This document shows, one piece after another, positions 28,249-36,988 of a DNA stretch of 64,000 nt; position 1 is the stretch's first letter; each line of letters opens with the position of its first letter. A program made the translations under genes and the position numbers. Under the pieces are notes generated by a model. That model was given only the letters and a program-made list of their open reading frames with translations. It made no database searches and was not told the DNA's origin. This DNA comes from an uncultured Trueperaceae bacterium (lineage in GTDB: Bacteria > Deinococcota > Deinococci > Deinococcales > Trueperaceae), in the NCBI GenBank assembly GCA_963815215.1, contig CAWFFU010000003.1:352001-416000 (forward strand), written 5' to 3'.

Positions 28249-28552
28249 GCGCTCGCCTATCGGACCGAGACGGACGCCCTGACATACGCAGGGTGTCCGT
28301 GCCTCGTTCAGCGGCGTCGGCGCGACCAGCTTCTCCACGAAGTCTCCCCCCCAGCTCCTCCTCCGGACCTACGTCGGCACACGACTCAGCCGTGTTCCGA
28401 ATCGTCGGCTACTCCTTGGACCGTCCCGTCCACCAAGGTCCTGCGGGCGCAACCCGGCACCTTGCGAAGCGGACGCCCGAGCGGAGCGGGCCGATCGACG
28501 ACCGCGGAGGATAAGAAGTCTGTAAGACCCCTACTGGTACACCATAGTCACC

Positions 28553-28816
28553 GTGATGCGTGCGTCGTCGCTCCCCTCCGAACCTCACCGGAACAAATCC
28601 CTCTGCCCCGCCTGCGGCGCCGACAGCGTCCGCATCCTGACGTCGATCGAGGTCTCCGTGGACGTGGTGATCGATGCGTCCGCCGACGAGTTGCAGGTGA
28701 TCGACGAGGCGCTCGGGGACGCCGCCTGGGACGAGGCGACGGCCGCCGCCTGCCGGCGTTGCGACTGGCACGGGACCGTCGGCGATCTGCACGACCACCT
28801 GCTCGCCGGCACCTGA
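28553..28816 (+). CDS. Small acidic putative zinc-ribbon protein
   Basis: CPAC and CRRC pairs about 45 aa apart; host-like codon usage. Confidence 0.65.
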   Translation: MMRASSLPSEPHRNKSLCPACGADSVRILTSIEVSVDVVIDASADELQVIDEALGDAAWDEATAAACRRCDWHGTVGDLHDHLLAGT

Positions 28817-28860
28817 GAGAGTCCCCTTCCCGAGAAGCCGCACGAGCGTCGCGTGGCATG

Positions 28861-28899
28861 GAACAGGGCGCACGTTCTGAGTGAACGTGCGCCCTGTTC
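28861..28899. terminator. Hairpin downstream of tRNA-Met and of the convergent small gene
   Basis: Perfect 17-bp inverted repeat GAACAGGGCGCACGTTC with a 5-nt loop. Confidence 0.75.
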
Positions 28900-28905
28900 A
28901 GGCTC

Positions 28906-28982
28906 TGGTAGCGATGCGGGGACTCGAACCCCGGACCTCACGATTATGAGTCGTGCGCTCTAACCAGCTGAGCTACATCGCC
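28906..28982 (-). tRNA. tRNA-Met (CAT), probably elongator
   Basis: GGCGATGTAGCTCAG...CACGA-CTCATAA-TCGTG...GGTTCGAGTCC...CATCGCTACCA; lacks initiator features, and Ile2 is not fully excluded; TATACT at 29021-29016. Confidence 0.95.
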
Positions 28983-29082
28983 GCGATGCCCGCGACCCCA
29001 CGGGCCCGAGGGAGAAGTATAGCGAACGTGTCCGCCGCCGACAAGGCGCGGGAGGGAGCGCGGGCGCGCGTCCGAGATCCCG

Positions 29083-29985
29083 TCACGGCGCGTCCGGCCG
29101 CGCGACCCGAATCCGCAATCCGATGCCATCGGGATCGGTGAGGTCCAAGACGCGTTCGCCGGCCGGCACGGTGAGGTCGTGGCCCGCCGCGGCCAGTCGC
29201 CGCCCGGCCGCCGTGAGCGCGGCCTCGTCGGGCACCACCACCTCGAAACGGCGGAGTCCGGTGGAGGGGTCCGGCTCCGGGTCGGACCGGCGCACGCCCC
29301 AGGTGTTGAGGCCGAGGTGGTGGTGGTAGCCGCCTGCTGCCAGGAAGCAGGCGCCCGGGAAGGTGTCGTTGGTCCGGCGGAATCCCAGGACGTCGCCGTA
29401 GAACGCCGCGGAGCGCGCCAGATCGCCGACCTGCAGGTGGACGTGGCCGACGGTCGTGCCGTCCGGCGCGCCGTCCCAGGTCTGCGCTGCGGCGGCAGCG
29501 AGGTCGCGTGCGTCGAGCGGCTCGGTGGTCATGGCGATGCGTCCCTGGCGCATCTGCCATGCGTCGCGCGGTCTGTCCCGGTAGACCTCGACGCCGTTCC
29601 CTTCGGGGTCGGCCAGGTAGATGGCCTCGCTCACGGCGTGATCGGCCGCTCCCTGCAGGGTGACGCCCGTCTCGACCGCGTGGAGCATCCACGCCCCCAG
29701 GGCGGGACGGTCGGGAACGAGCAGGGCCAGGTGGTAGAGCCCGGGAGCGCCCGGCGCCGCACGGCTCCCGGCGGCCTGGTCGAGCCGTACCAGCGTGCTG
29801 CTGGTCGTACCCAGCTCCGACCAGCCTGGCCCGCGGCGCCGGGACTCGAGGCCGAGGGCGTTCCGGTAGAACTCGTCGACGGCGTCGAGATCGGCCACGG
29901 CCAGCGTCACCGCGCCCAGGGCCGTGGCGGCCGGGAGGTCCGTCATGGCGGTACCGTCTTCGACGGTGGTGTCATCCTGGCGCAT
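29083..29985 (-). CDS. VOC family protein (CatE-like ring-cleaving dioxygenase)
   Basis: GLYHLALL, DHAVSEAIYLADPEGNGVEVYRD, GHVHLQV, GGYHHHLGLNTW; SD GAGGAGG. Confidence 0.92.
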   Translation of the reverse strand: MRQDDTTVEDGTAMTDLPAATALGAVTLAVADLDAVDEFYRNALGLESRRRGPGWSELGTTSSTLVRLDQAAGSRAAPGAPGLYHLALLVPDRPALGAWMLHAVETGVTLQGAADHAVSEAIYLADPEGNGVEVYRDRPRDAWQMRQGRIAMTTEPLDARDLAAAAAQTWDGAPDGTTVGHVHLQVGDLARSAAFYGDVLGFRRTNDTFPGACFLAAGGYHHHLGLNTWGVRRSDPEPDPSTGLRRFEVVVPDEAALTAAGRRLAAAGHDLTVPAGERVLDLTDPDGIGLRIRVARPDAP

Positions 29986-30191
29986 GCTGCCCCTCCTCGG
30001 ACGTCGAGCGGCGCGCCTCGGGTGCGCGGCCGGTTGCGTTGCGGGCCCGTCCAGACTGAAGCCTACGGGCGGGGGACCGGTTGCCAGGCAAGCTGAGCGA
30101 CGCCGGTCACGGGCGCGCGCGTGGCGGCCCGGGGCCGCGGAGTGGCGTGTTCGACGTTGATGGATGACGGACGACTGCTAGAGTGTGGCCC

Positions 30192-30692
30192 ATGCTCGAG
30201 CCCTCCCTCGACCTCTACGGCGAGACGTACGAGAAGGTCGATGCCATCCTCGCGGAGCTGCTGACCAGGAGCCATGCCCGCTACGCGATGATCATCGATC
30301 GCAAGGGCTTCGTGCTGATGCACCGGCGCGCCTTGTGGGCGCCCAAGCCTCCATCGCTCGACTCGTTGGCGACGCTGATCGCGTCGAACTACTCGGCCAA
30401 CACCGCGATCGCCAACCTGTTCGGCGAGAGCGCGTTCAAGGAGACGGTGCAGCAGGGGGCGGAGGTCGGCACCTACCTAGAGGAGCTCGGTGACAAGGCC
30501 CTGCTGGTGGCGGTGTTCGACTCGTCGGCGGCGTTGGGCCGCGTCAAGCTCTTCACCAAGAAATCGGTCGAGGAGATCCGTGTGGTTCTCCGCGACTCCA
30601 AGGACGAGGCTCCCAAGGTCGAGTTCGACCAGGAGTGGTCGAGCTCTACCGAGGCCCTGCTAGACGGGCTGTTCGGATCGGGCAAGCCATGA
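30192..30692 (+). CDS. mglB: MglB roadblock/LC7 GTPase-activating protein
   Basis: [35 protein letters not shown]; directly upstream of mglA; TAGAGT 7 nt before ATG. Confidence 0.92.
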   Translation: MLEPSLDLYGETYEKVDAILAELLTRSHARYAMIIDRKGFVLMHRRALWAPKPPSLDSLATLIASNYSANTAIANLFGESAFKETVQQGAEVGTYLEELGDKALLVAVFDSSAALGRVKLFTKKSVEEIRVVLRDSKDEAPKVEFDQEWSSSTEALLDGLFGSGKP

Positions 30693-31279
30693 GCACCATC
30701 AACTTCTCGGCACGCGAGATCAACTTCAAGATCGTCTACTACGGCCCCGGTCTGTCGGGCAAGACCACCAACCTGAAGCAGATCTACGAGCAGGTGCCCT
30801 CGGAGTCGAAGGGCGAGATGGTGTCGCTGGCCACCGAAGATGAACGCACCCTCTTCTTCGATTTCCTGCCGCTCGACCTGGGCAAGGTCAACGGCTTCAG
30901 GACGCGCTTCCACCTCTACACCGTGCCGGGCCAGGTGTTCTACAACTCCTCGCGCAAGCTGATCCTGCGTGGCGTCGACGGCATCGTGTTCGTCGCGGAC
31001 TCCGCGCCCAACCGGCTGCGCGCCAACGCCGAGAGCCTGCGCAACCTGCGCGAGAACCTGCAGGAGTACAACCTGCGGCTCGCCGAGATCCCGCACGTCA
31101 TCCAGATCAACAAGCGGGACCTGCCCGACGCCCTTCCCTCCGACATGATCCAGCAGGTGCTGGACCCGGGGAAGCAGGTGGAGGCCTTCGAGGCGGTGGC
31201 CTCGGAGTTCCAGGGCGTGTTCGAGCCGCTTCGCGCGGTGTCGAAGCTGGTCCTGGAGAAGCTCGCCCAGAAGACCTGA
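30689..31279 (+). CDS. mglA: MglA small Ras-like GTPase
   Basis: [48 protein letters not shown]. Confidence 0.97.
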   Translation: MSTINFSAREINFKIVYYGPGLSGKTTNLKQIYEQVPSESKGEMVSLATEDERTLFFDFLPLDLGKVNGFRTRFHLYTVPGQVFYNSSRKLILRGVDGIVFVADSAPNRLRANAESLRNLRENLQEYNLRLAEIPHVIQINKRDLPDALPSDMIQQVLDPGKQVEAFEAVASEFQGVFEPLRAVSKLVLEKLAQKT

Positions 31280-31370
31280 AGCTCCGCCGGCCGGCTCGGC
31301 CGGAAACGTGTCGTGAACCCCGCCGGAAGCGGGATTCGGCGGACTGAACGCTGTGCTATCGTCGGGTCGA

Positions 31371-32429
31371 ATGAAGCGGACCCCCCTCTACGACACGCAT
31401 GTCGCCCTCGGAGCCCGGATGGTGGAGTTCGCCGGGTGGAGCATGCCGGTGCATTACCCGACCGGAATCCACCAGGAGCACATCGCCGTCCGCTCGGACG
31501 TGGGCCTGTTCGACGTCAGTCACATGGGCGAGATCCGAGTGCTCGGTGACGACGCCACCGCCTTCCTCCAGTTCGCGACACTGAACGACCCCGGTCGCCT
31601 GAAGCTCGGACGCGGTCAGTACACCATGCTGCCCAACGACCGCGGCGGCCTCATCGACGACCTCTACCTCTACCGTGACAAGGAGCAGGAGTACCTCGTC
31701 GTCGCCAACGCCTCCAACGTCGAGGTGGTGCTCGCGCACCTCCACGAGGTCGCCCGCGACTACGACGTCCATGTCGTCGACGAGTCGCCGACCTGGTCGC
31801 TGCTGGCGCTGCAGGGCCCGGGCAGCGCGCTGTTGCTCGGGAACGTCGTCGACGTGGACCTCACCGAGTTGCGCAAGAACGCCACGGTGCTCGCCAGCAT
31901 CTCCGGGTGCCCGGTGCGCCTCAGCCGCACCGGCTACACCGGGGAGGACGGCTTCGAGCTGTTCTGTCACCCCACCGACGCCTCCATCGTGTGGGACGTT
32001 CTGAGTGATGCGGGCGCCGTCCCCTGCGGGCTCGGCGCGCGCGACACGCTGCGCCTCGAGGCGGGCTACCCGCTCTACGGCCACGAGTTCGACGAGAGCA
32101 CCAACCCGCTGTGCAGCGACTTCTCGTGGGTGGTCAAGGACAAGCCCTTCTTCGGACGGGAGGCGATGTGGGACCGTCCCTGTCCGCGGCGTCTGGTCGG
32201 GCTGAGGCTCCTGGACCGCGGCATCCCGCGCCAGGGGTACCGCGTGCTGCGCGACGGGGTCGACATCGGCACCATCAGCTCGGGCACGTTGTCACCGCTG
32301 ACGCGAGAGAGCATCGCGTTCGCCTGGGTGGACGCGGACGCGGCCCGGGAGGGCACGGCGATCGAAGTCGAGATCCGGGGACAGACGGTGGCGGCCACGG
32401 TCGTCAAGCCGCCCTTCTTCGGGCAATGA
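31371..32429 (+). CDS. gcvT: Glycine cleavage system T protein
   Basis: [41 protein letters not shown]; TGTGcTATCGT 8 nt before ATG. Confidence 0.98.
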   Translation: MKRTPLYDTHVALGARMVEFAGWSMPVHYPTGIHQEHIAVRSDVGLFDVSHMGEIRVLGDDATAFLQFATLNDPGRLKLGRGQYTMLPNDRGGLIDDLYLYRDKEQEYLVVANASNVEVVLAHLHEVARDYDVHVVDESPTWSLLALQGPGSALLLGNVVDVDLTELRKNATVLASISGCPVRLSRTGYTGEDGFELFCHPTDASIVWDVLSDAGAVPCGLGARDTLRLEAGYPLYGHEFDESTNPLCSDFSWVVKDKPFFGREAMWDRPCPRRLVGLRLLDRGIPRQGYRVLRDGVDIGTISSGTLSPLTRESIAFAWVDADAAREGTAIEVEIRGQTVAATVVKPPFFGQ

Positions 32430-32484
32430 TGCTGCGGAATTTCGGTACGCCCGATGCTGGTCGGGCACTGGCAGAGGAGTGAAC

Positions 32485-32874
32485 ATGCAGACCCCAGAGA
32501 ACCTCCGGTACACCGCCTCCCATGAATGGGTCTCCGAGCCCGACGACGGCGTGGTCACGGTCGGCATCACCGACTACGCTCAGGATCAGCTGGGCGATGT
32601 CGTATACGTCGAGCTGCCCGACGTCGGCGCCGAGCTCGCGTCCGGCGATCCCGTTGCCGTCGTCGAGTCGGTGAAGACCGCGTCGGACATCTACGCTCCA
32701 GTGTCGGGCGTGGTGCAGGCCGTGAACGAGGCGCTCCACGACGCTCCCGAAGCGATCAACGACGGCCCCTACGAGGGCGGCTGGCTGTTCAGGCTACGGC
32801 TGCACGACGCCGCGGAGCTGGGATCGTTGCTCGACGCTGCCGGGTACCAACGGGCGGTCGAGAAGGAGGGCTGA
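32485..32874 (+). CDS. gcvH: Glycine cleavage system H protein
   Basis: [23 protein letters not shown], lipoyl motif VESVKTASD; an in-frame GTG at 32479 is an alternative start. Confidence 0.98.
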   Translation: MQTPENLRYTASHEWVSEPDDGVVTVGITDYAQDQLGDVVYVELPDVGAELASGDPVAVVESVKTASDIYAPVSGVVQAVNEALHDAPEAINDGPYEGGWLFRLRLHDAAELGSLLDAAGYQRAVEKEG

Positions 32875-32876
32875 TC

Positions 32877-34220
32877 TTGCCCTACCTCCCTCACACCGAG
32901 GAGGACGTGCGGCGCGCGCTCGATACCATCGGCGTCGACAGCATCGATGCGCTGTTCGACGAGCTTCCCGCCGCACTGCGCAATCCCGACATCGATATCC
33001 CGGCGGCCATGGACGAAACGGCGCTGCTCGCTCACTTGCAGGGTCTGGCCGCGCAGGACCGGGTGCAGGGACCGAACTTCCTCGGCGGCGGTATGCAGCG
33101 GCACTTCATCCCCTCGGTCACGCCGCACCTTGCGCTACAGAGCGAGTTCGTGACGGCGTACACGCCGTACCAGCCGGAGGTCGCCCAGGGCATCCTGCAA
33201 GCGACCTTCGAGTACCAGACCATGATGAGCGAGCTCACCGGGCTCGACGTCTCCAACGCCAGCATGTACGACGGGGCCACCGCAACGGCGGAAGCGGCGC
33301 TGCTGGCGGTCCGGCAGACCCGGCGCGAACGGGTGTTGGTCAGCCGCGGCGTGCACCCCGAAACGCGTGCCGTGCTCGGCACCTACCTCGAGGCGCTGGA
33401 CATCCGCATCGACACGCTCGACCTGGAGATGATGTCGACGCCGGTCCCCTCGGTCGAAGCAGACGTCGCCTGCGTGATCGTGCAGCAACCCAACTTCCTG
33501 GGGTCGCTCGAGGCCATGGAGGCGCTCACGAACGCAGCGCACGCTTCAGGGGCGCTGCTCGTCGCGGTCGTCGACCCGTTCAGCCTCGCGCTGGTGAAGC
33601 CGCCCGGTGCATACGGGGCGGACGTCGCGGTCGGTGACGGACAGACGCTCGGGAACCCGACCGCCTTCGGCGGGCCGAGCTTCGGCTTCATGGTGGTCGA
33701 GAGCGGGTTGTTGCGCCAGCTCCCCGGTCGCCTGGTCGGTCAGACGGTGGATGTCGACGGCCGGCGCGCCTTCGTGCTCACCCTGCAGGCCCGAGAGCAA
33801 CACATCCGCCGCAGCAAGGCCAAGTCCAACATCTGTTCGAACCACCAGCTCACCGCGCTCATGGCGACGGTGAACCTGGCGGCCCTCGGCCCCCAGGGCC
33901 TGCGGGAGGCGGCGGAGGCGTCGGTGCGGCAGGCCCACCGTCTGGCCGATCGTCTGCTGGCCGCGGGCGCCCGCATCGAGCGCAGCGTGCCGTTCTTCAA
34001 CGAGTTCACACTGCGCACGCGTAGGCCCGGCCACGAGGTGCGCTCGGCGCTGGCCGGGCGCGGTGTTCACGCCGGCGTACCCGTGGGGAGCGAGTACGGA
34101 CTCGGGAATGCGGTGGTGCTGGCGGCGACGGAGCTGGTGCGCGAACGCGACGTCGATGCCCTGCTCAGCGCCCTGGAGGACGTGGGGGAGCTGGCTGGAC
34201 ACGGAGTGAGCCATGACTGA
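32877..34220 (+). CDS. gcvPA: Glycine dehydrogenase subunit 1
   Basis: TTG start after GGAGG; TAYTPYQPEVAQG, NASMYDG, LQAREQHIRRSKAKSNIC. Confidence 0.97.
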   Translation: MPYLPHTEEDVRRALDTIGVDSIDALFDELPAALRNPDIDIPAAMDETALLAHLQGLAAQDRVQGPNFLGGGMQRHFIPSVTPHLALQSEFVTAYTPYQPEVAQGILQATFEYQTMMSELTGLDVSNASMYDGATATAEAALLAVRQTRRERVLVSRGVHPETRAVLGTYLEALDIRIDTLDLEMMSTPVPSVEADVACVIVQQPNFLGSLEAMEALTNAAHASGALLVAVVDPFSLALVKPPGAYGADVAVGDGQTLGNPTAFGGPSFGFMVVESGLLRQLPGRLVGQTVDVDGRRAFVLTLQAREQHIRRSKAKSNICSNHQLTALMATVNLAALGPQGLREAAEASVRQAHRLADRLLAAGARIERSVPFFNEFTLRTRRPGHEVRSALAGRGVHAGVPVGSEYGLGNAVVLAATELVRERDVDALLSALEDVGELAGHGVSHD

Positions 34221-35685
34221 CGCGCCCGTGAAGGACTTCCCGCTCCTGTTCGAACGTTCCAGGCCCGGCCGGCGCGCCGCCCGCCCACCGTTCGTCGACG
34301 GCCCCGCCGTGGCCTCGCTCCTCGGCGAGGATCAACTCCGGGAAGCGCCGCCGCGTCTGCCGGAGGTCTCCGAGCTCGATCTGGTGCGCCACTTCACGCA
34401 GCTCGCGCATCGCCAGTTCAGCATCGACGGGAACGTCTATCCTCTCGGGAGCTGCACCATGAAGTACAACCCCAAGGTGCACGAGGAAGCGGCGCGGTTG
34501 TTCCAGGACCTTCATCCGAACCAGGCGCCGGAGACCGCGCAGGGCACGCTTCGACTGCTATTCGAGCTGCAACGCGATCTGGGGGCATTGACCGGCATGG
34601 ACGCGGTCAGTCTGCAGCCCGCAGCCGGCGCGCACGGCGAGCTCACCGGCATCCTGATGATCCGCGCCTACCACCGCGCGCGCGGCGAGGGGGAGCGCCG
34701 CAGCGTTGTGCTGGTGCCGGACGGAGCCCACGGGACCAACCCAGCCACCGCGGCCATGGCGGGCTACCGCGTGGTCGAGGTCGCCAGCGACGCTCGCGGC
34801 GAGGTCGACCTCGACGCCTTCACGGCGGCGCTGGGCCCCGAGGTGGCTGCGGTCATGTTGACCAATCCGAACACGGTCGGCGTGTTCGAGACGCGCATCC
34901 TCGAGATCGCTCGACGCGCGCACGAGGCGGGCGCCCAGCTCTACTACGACGGCGCCAACCTGAACGCCATCGTGGGCCGCGTCCGTCCCGGCGACATGGG
35001 GTTCGATGTCGTCCACCTGAACCTGCACAAGACCTTCACCACGCCTCACGGCGGTGGCGGCCCCGGCACCGGACCGGTCGGCGTCAAGGCCCATCTGGCC
35101 GAGTTCCTACCGGTGCCGTTGGTGGTCGAGGGGAGCGACGGCTTCCGCTTGTCCGACGACGTGCCCTCCTCCATCGGACGGATGCGTTCGTTCGTCGGCA
35201 ACGTCGGCAATCTCATACGAGCCTACGCTTACATCCGAACGCTCGGCCTGGAGGGCCTGCGGCGGGTGAGCGGTCACGCGGTCCTCAACGCCAACTACCT
35301 ACGTGTGCGGATGCAGCAGGCCGGCTATTCGATCCCCTACGACCGACACAACATGCACGAGTTCGTGGCGCAGCCGCCGGAGGGGGTGCACACGCTCGAC
35401 GTGGCGAAGGCCTTGCTCGACTACGGCATGCACCCGATGACCGTCTACTTCCCGCTCATCGTCAAGGAAGCCATGATGGTCGAGCCCACCGAGACGGAAT
35501 CGCTGGAGACGCTCGACGCTTACGCCGACGCGCTGGGCGAGATCCTGCGGCGCGCCGCGGAGGATGACGGGTACCTGGCAGGCGCTCCCTACCACACCCC
35601 CGTCCGCCGGCTCGACGAGGTCCGGGCGGCGCGCCAGCCCGTGCTCCGGCACGCCTTCGAAGAAGGGCCGGGATCCGCGGAGTAG
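34213..35685 (+). CDS. gcvPB: Glycine dehydrogenase subunit 2
   Basis: YPLGSCTMKYNP, AHGTNPA, HLNLHKTF (PLP Lys), PHGGGGPG. Confidence 0.98.
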   Translation: MTDAPVKDFPLLFERSRPGRRAARPPFVDGPAVASLLGEDQLREAPPRLPEVSELDLVRHFTQLAHRQFSIDGNVYPLGSCTMKYNPKVHEEAARLFQDLHPNQAPETAQGTLRLLFELQRDLGALTGMDAVSLQPAAGAHGELTGILMIRAYHRARGEGERRSVVLVPDGAHGTNPATAAMAGYRVVEVASDARGEVDLDAFTAALGPEVAAVMLTNPNTVGVFETRILEIARRAHEAGAQLYYDGANLNAIVGRVRPGDMGFDVVHLNLHKTFTTPHGGGGPGTGPVGVKAHLAEFLPVPLVVEGSDGFRLSDDVPSSIGRMRSFVGNVGNLIRAYAYIRTLGLEGLRRVSGHAVLNANYLRVRMQQAGYSIPYDRHNMHEFVAQPPEGVHTLDVAKALLDYGMHPMTVYFPLIVKEAMMVEPTETESLETLDAYADALGEILRRAAEDDGYLAGAPYHTPVRRLDEVRAARQPVLRHAFEEGPGSAE

Positions 35686-35714
35686 CGGCACCTCCGGTCG
35701 ACACCGGGACGACG

Positions 35715-35746
35715 AACGGGGCGGCACCGATCGGTGCCGCCCCGTT
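35715..35746. terminator. Perfect 32-bp palindrome between convergent gcvPB and Fe-S carrier genes
   Basis: AACGGGGCGGCACCGA/TCGGTGCCGCCCCGTT. Confidence 0.7.
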
Positions 35747-35772
35747 GAGGGTGCTGGGTTCGTGGGACGCCT

Positions 35773-36186
35773 TCAGCTGCCGCAGCCGGGCGCGCCTTCG
35801 GAATCCGGGGCGGAGCCGCTGTCGGTCCTGAAGCTGTGCCCGCAGCCGCACGAGCTGGTCGCGTTGGGGTTGTTGACTTGGAAGCCCCCACCCATCAAGT
35901 TCTCGACGAAGTCGACCTGCGAACCTACCAGCAGGGGCCAGCTGCGGGGGTCGATCACCAGGCGTACGCCCTCGGATTGGAAGACGCGATCACCCTCGAC
36001 GCGGCGATCATCGACCGCCATGCCGTACTGGTAGCCGCTGCATCCGCCGGACTTCACGAACACGCGGAGGGCCGCTTCGGGACGGTCGCTCTGCTCGAGC
36101 AACGCAGCCGCCTTCACGGCTGCGGCGGGGCTGACGGTCATGCCCGGCTCGCCGGTAGTGGGCTCCGGTTGTGCCACTGCCTCCAT
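35773..36186 (-). CDS. A-type Fe-S cluster carrier (HesB/IscA/ErpA family)
   Basis: GGCSG, NPNATSSCGCGHSF. Confidence 0.95.
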   Translation of the reverse strand: MEAVAQPEPTTGEPGMTVSPAAAVKAAALLEQSDRPEAALRVFVKSGGCSGYQYGMAVDDRRVEGDRVFQSEGVRLVIDPRSWPLLVGSQVDFVENLMGGGFQVNNPNATSSCGCGHSFRTDSGSAPDSEGAPGCGS

Positions 36187-36360
36187 GGTGTGCTCCCATC
36201 GCGGGCTGCCGGCCCGTTGCGGTCGTTATAGCACGCCGCCGGGACCCGTCCCCTGCTTCCAGGCGACCGGCAGCTGACGGGGGCCGCGGCGAGGGTGGCG
36301 CCGGTTGGCAGCGCGGGCGCTGGCTGGTATACTCCGTACTCGCTCTTGGCATCGGCTCAT

Positions 36361-36436
36361 GGGCGTATAGCTCAGTTGGCAGAGCGGCGGTCTCCAAAAC
36401 CGTAGGTCGGGGGTTCAAGTCCTCCTGCGCCCGCCA
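36361..36436 (+). tRNA. tRNA-Trp (CCA)
   Basis: GGGCGTA/TGCGCCC acceptor, GCGGT-CTCCAAA-ACCGT anticodon arm, GGTTCAAGTCC, encoded CCA; TGgTATACT at 36325-36333. Confidence 0.97.
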
Positions 36437-36444
36437 TGGTCGCA

Positions 36445-36474
36445 CCGTGCGTCCCGCTTCGGCGGGGCGCACGG
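36445..36474 (+). terminator. 13-bp hairpin with cUUCGg loop after tRNA-Trp
   Basis: CCGTGCGTCCCGC-TTCG-GCGGGGCGCACGG with one G-U pair. Confidence 0.65.
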
Positions 36475-36550
36475 CTGCACGAGGCGCCGGTTCGATGTGC
36501 GTGACGCCGGCACGACAGTGCCGGAATGTCTGAACTGAGACAATTGCGAT

Positions 36551-36988
36551 GTGCAAATACTTCAGACCGGACCTACGCGACGCTTCCTCTACGCCTTCTG
36601 GGCCGTGAGGCAGCGCATGTTCCGGCATACGGGCCCCGTGCTGAAGGACCGGCATGGGCTCGAGATGGGTGATTTCTTCCTGCTGGACCGGATCGCGTCC
36701 AGCGACCTCTCCCCCACCGAGATCGCCGCCGCCCTCGAGATGCCGCCCGGCGCTATCTCCAGACGCCTGGACGTGCTCGAGAAGCAGCGCCTGATCCGGC
36801 GCCGCCTCGACCCGCACGACGCGCGCCGCCGCGTGCTCAGCTTGACGAAGTCCGGCATCGAGCGCCTCGAGCAGGCCGGCGCGACCATGGCGGCGGAGAC
36901 CGAAGCCTTCCTCGGCATCCTCGACGCCGGAACCCTCGATACCTTCCTCGAAACCCTAGAGACCCTCGCAAAGGATCGCAGCGCATGA
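36551..36988 (+). CDS. MarR family transcriptional regulator
   Basis: wHTH (SPTEIAAALEMPPGAISRRLDVLE), DPHDARRRVLSLT; TTGC-N5-GCAA overlaps the start and may be an operator. Confidence 0.93.
   Translation: MQILQTGPTRRFLYAFWAVRQRMFRHTGPVLKDRHGLEMGDFFLLDRIASSDLSPTEIAAALEMPPGAISRRLDVLEKQRLIRRRLDPHDARRRVLSLTKSGIERLEQAGATMAAETEAFLGILDAGTLDTFLETLETLAKDRSA

Noticed and set aside
28453..28461. CCCGGCACC matching the tRNA-Leu 3' end as attR
   Set aside because: A 9-bp GC-rich match is too short to be significant in this DNA, and there is no integrase
31280..31370. Glycine riboswitch before gcvT
   Set aside because: Spacer is only 91 nt, lacks the conserved aptamer motifs, and gcvT appears leaderless
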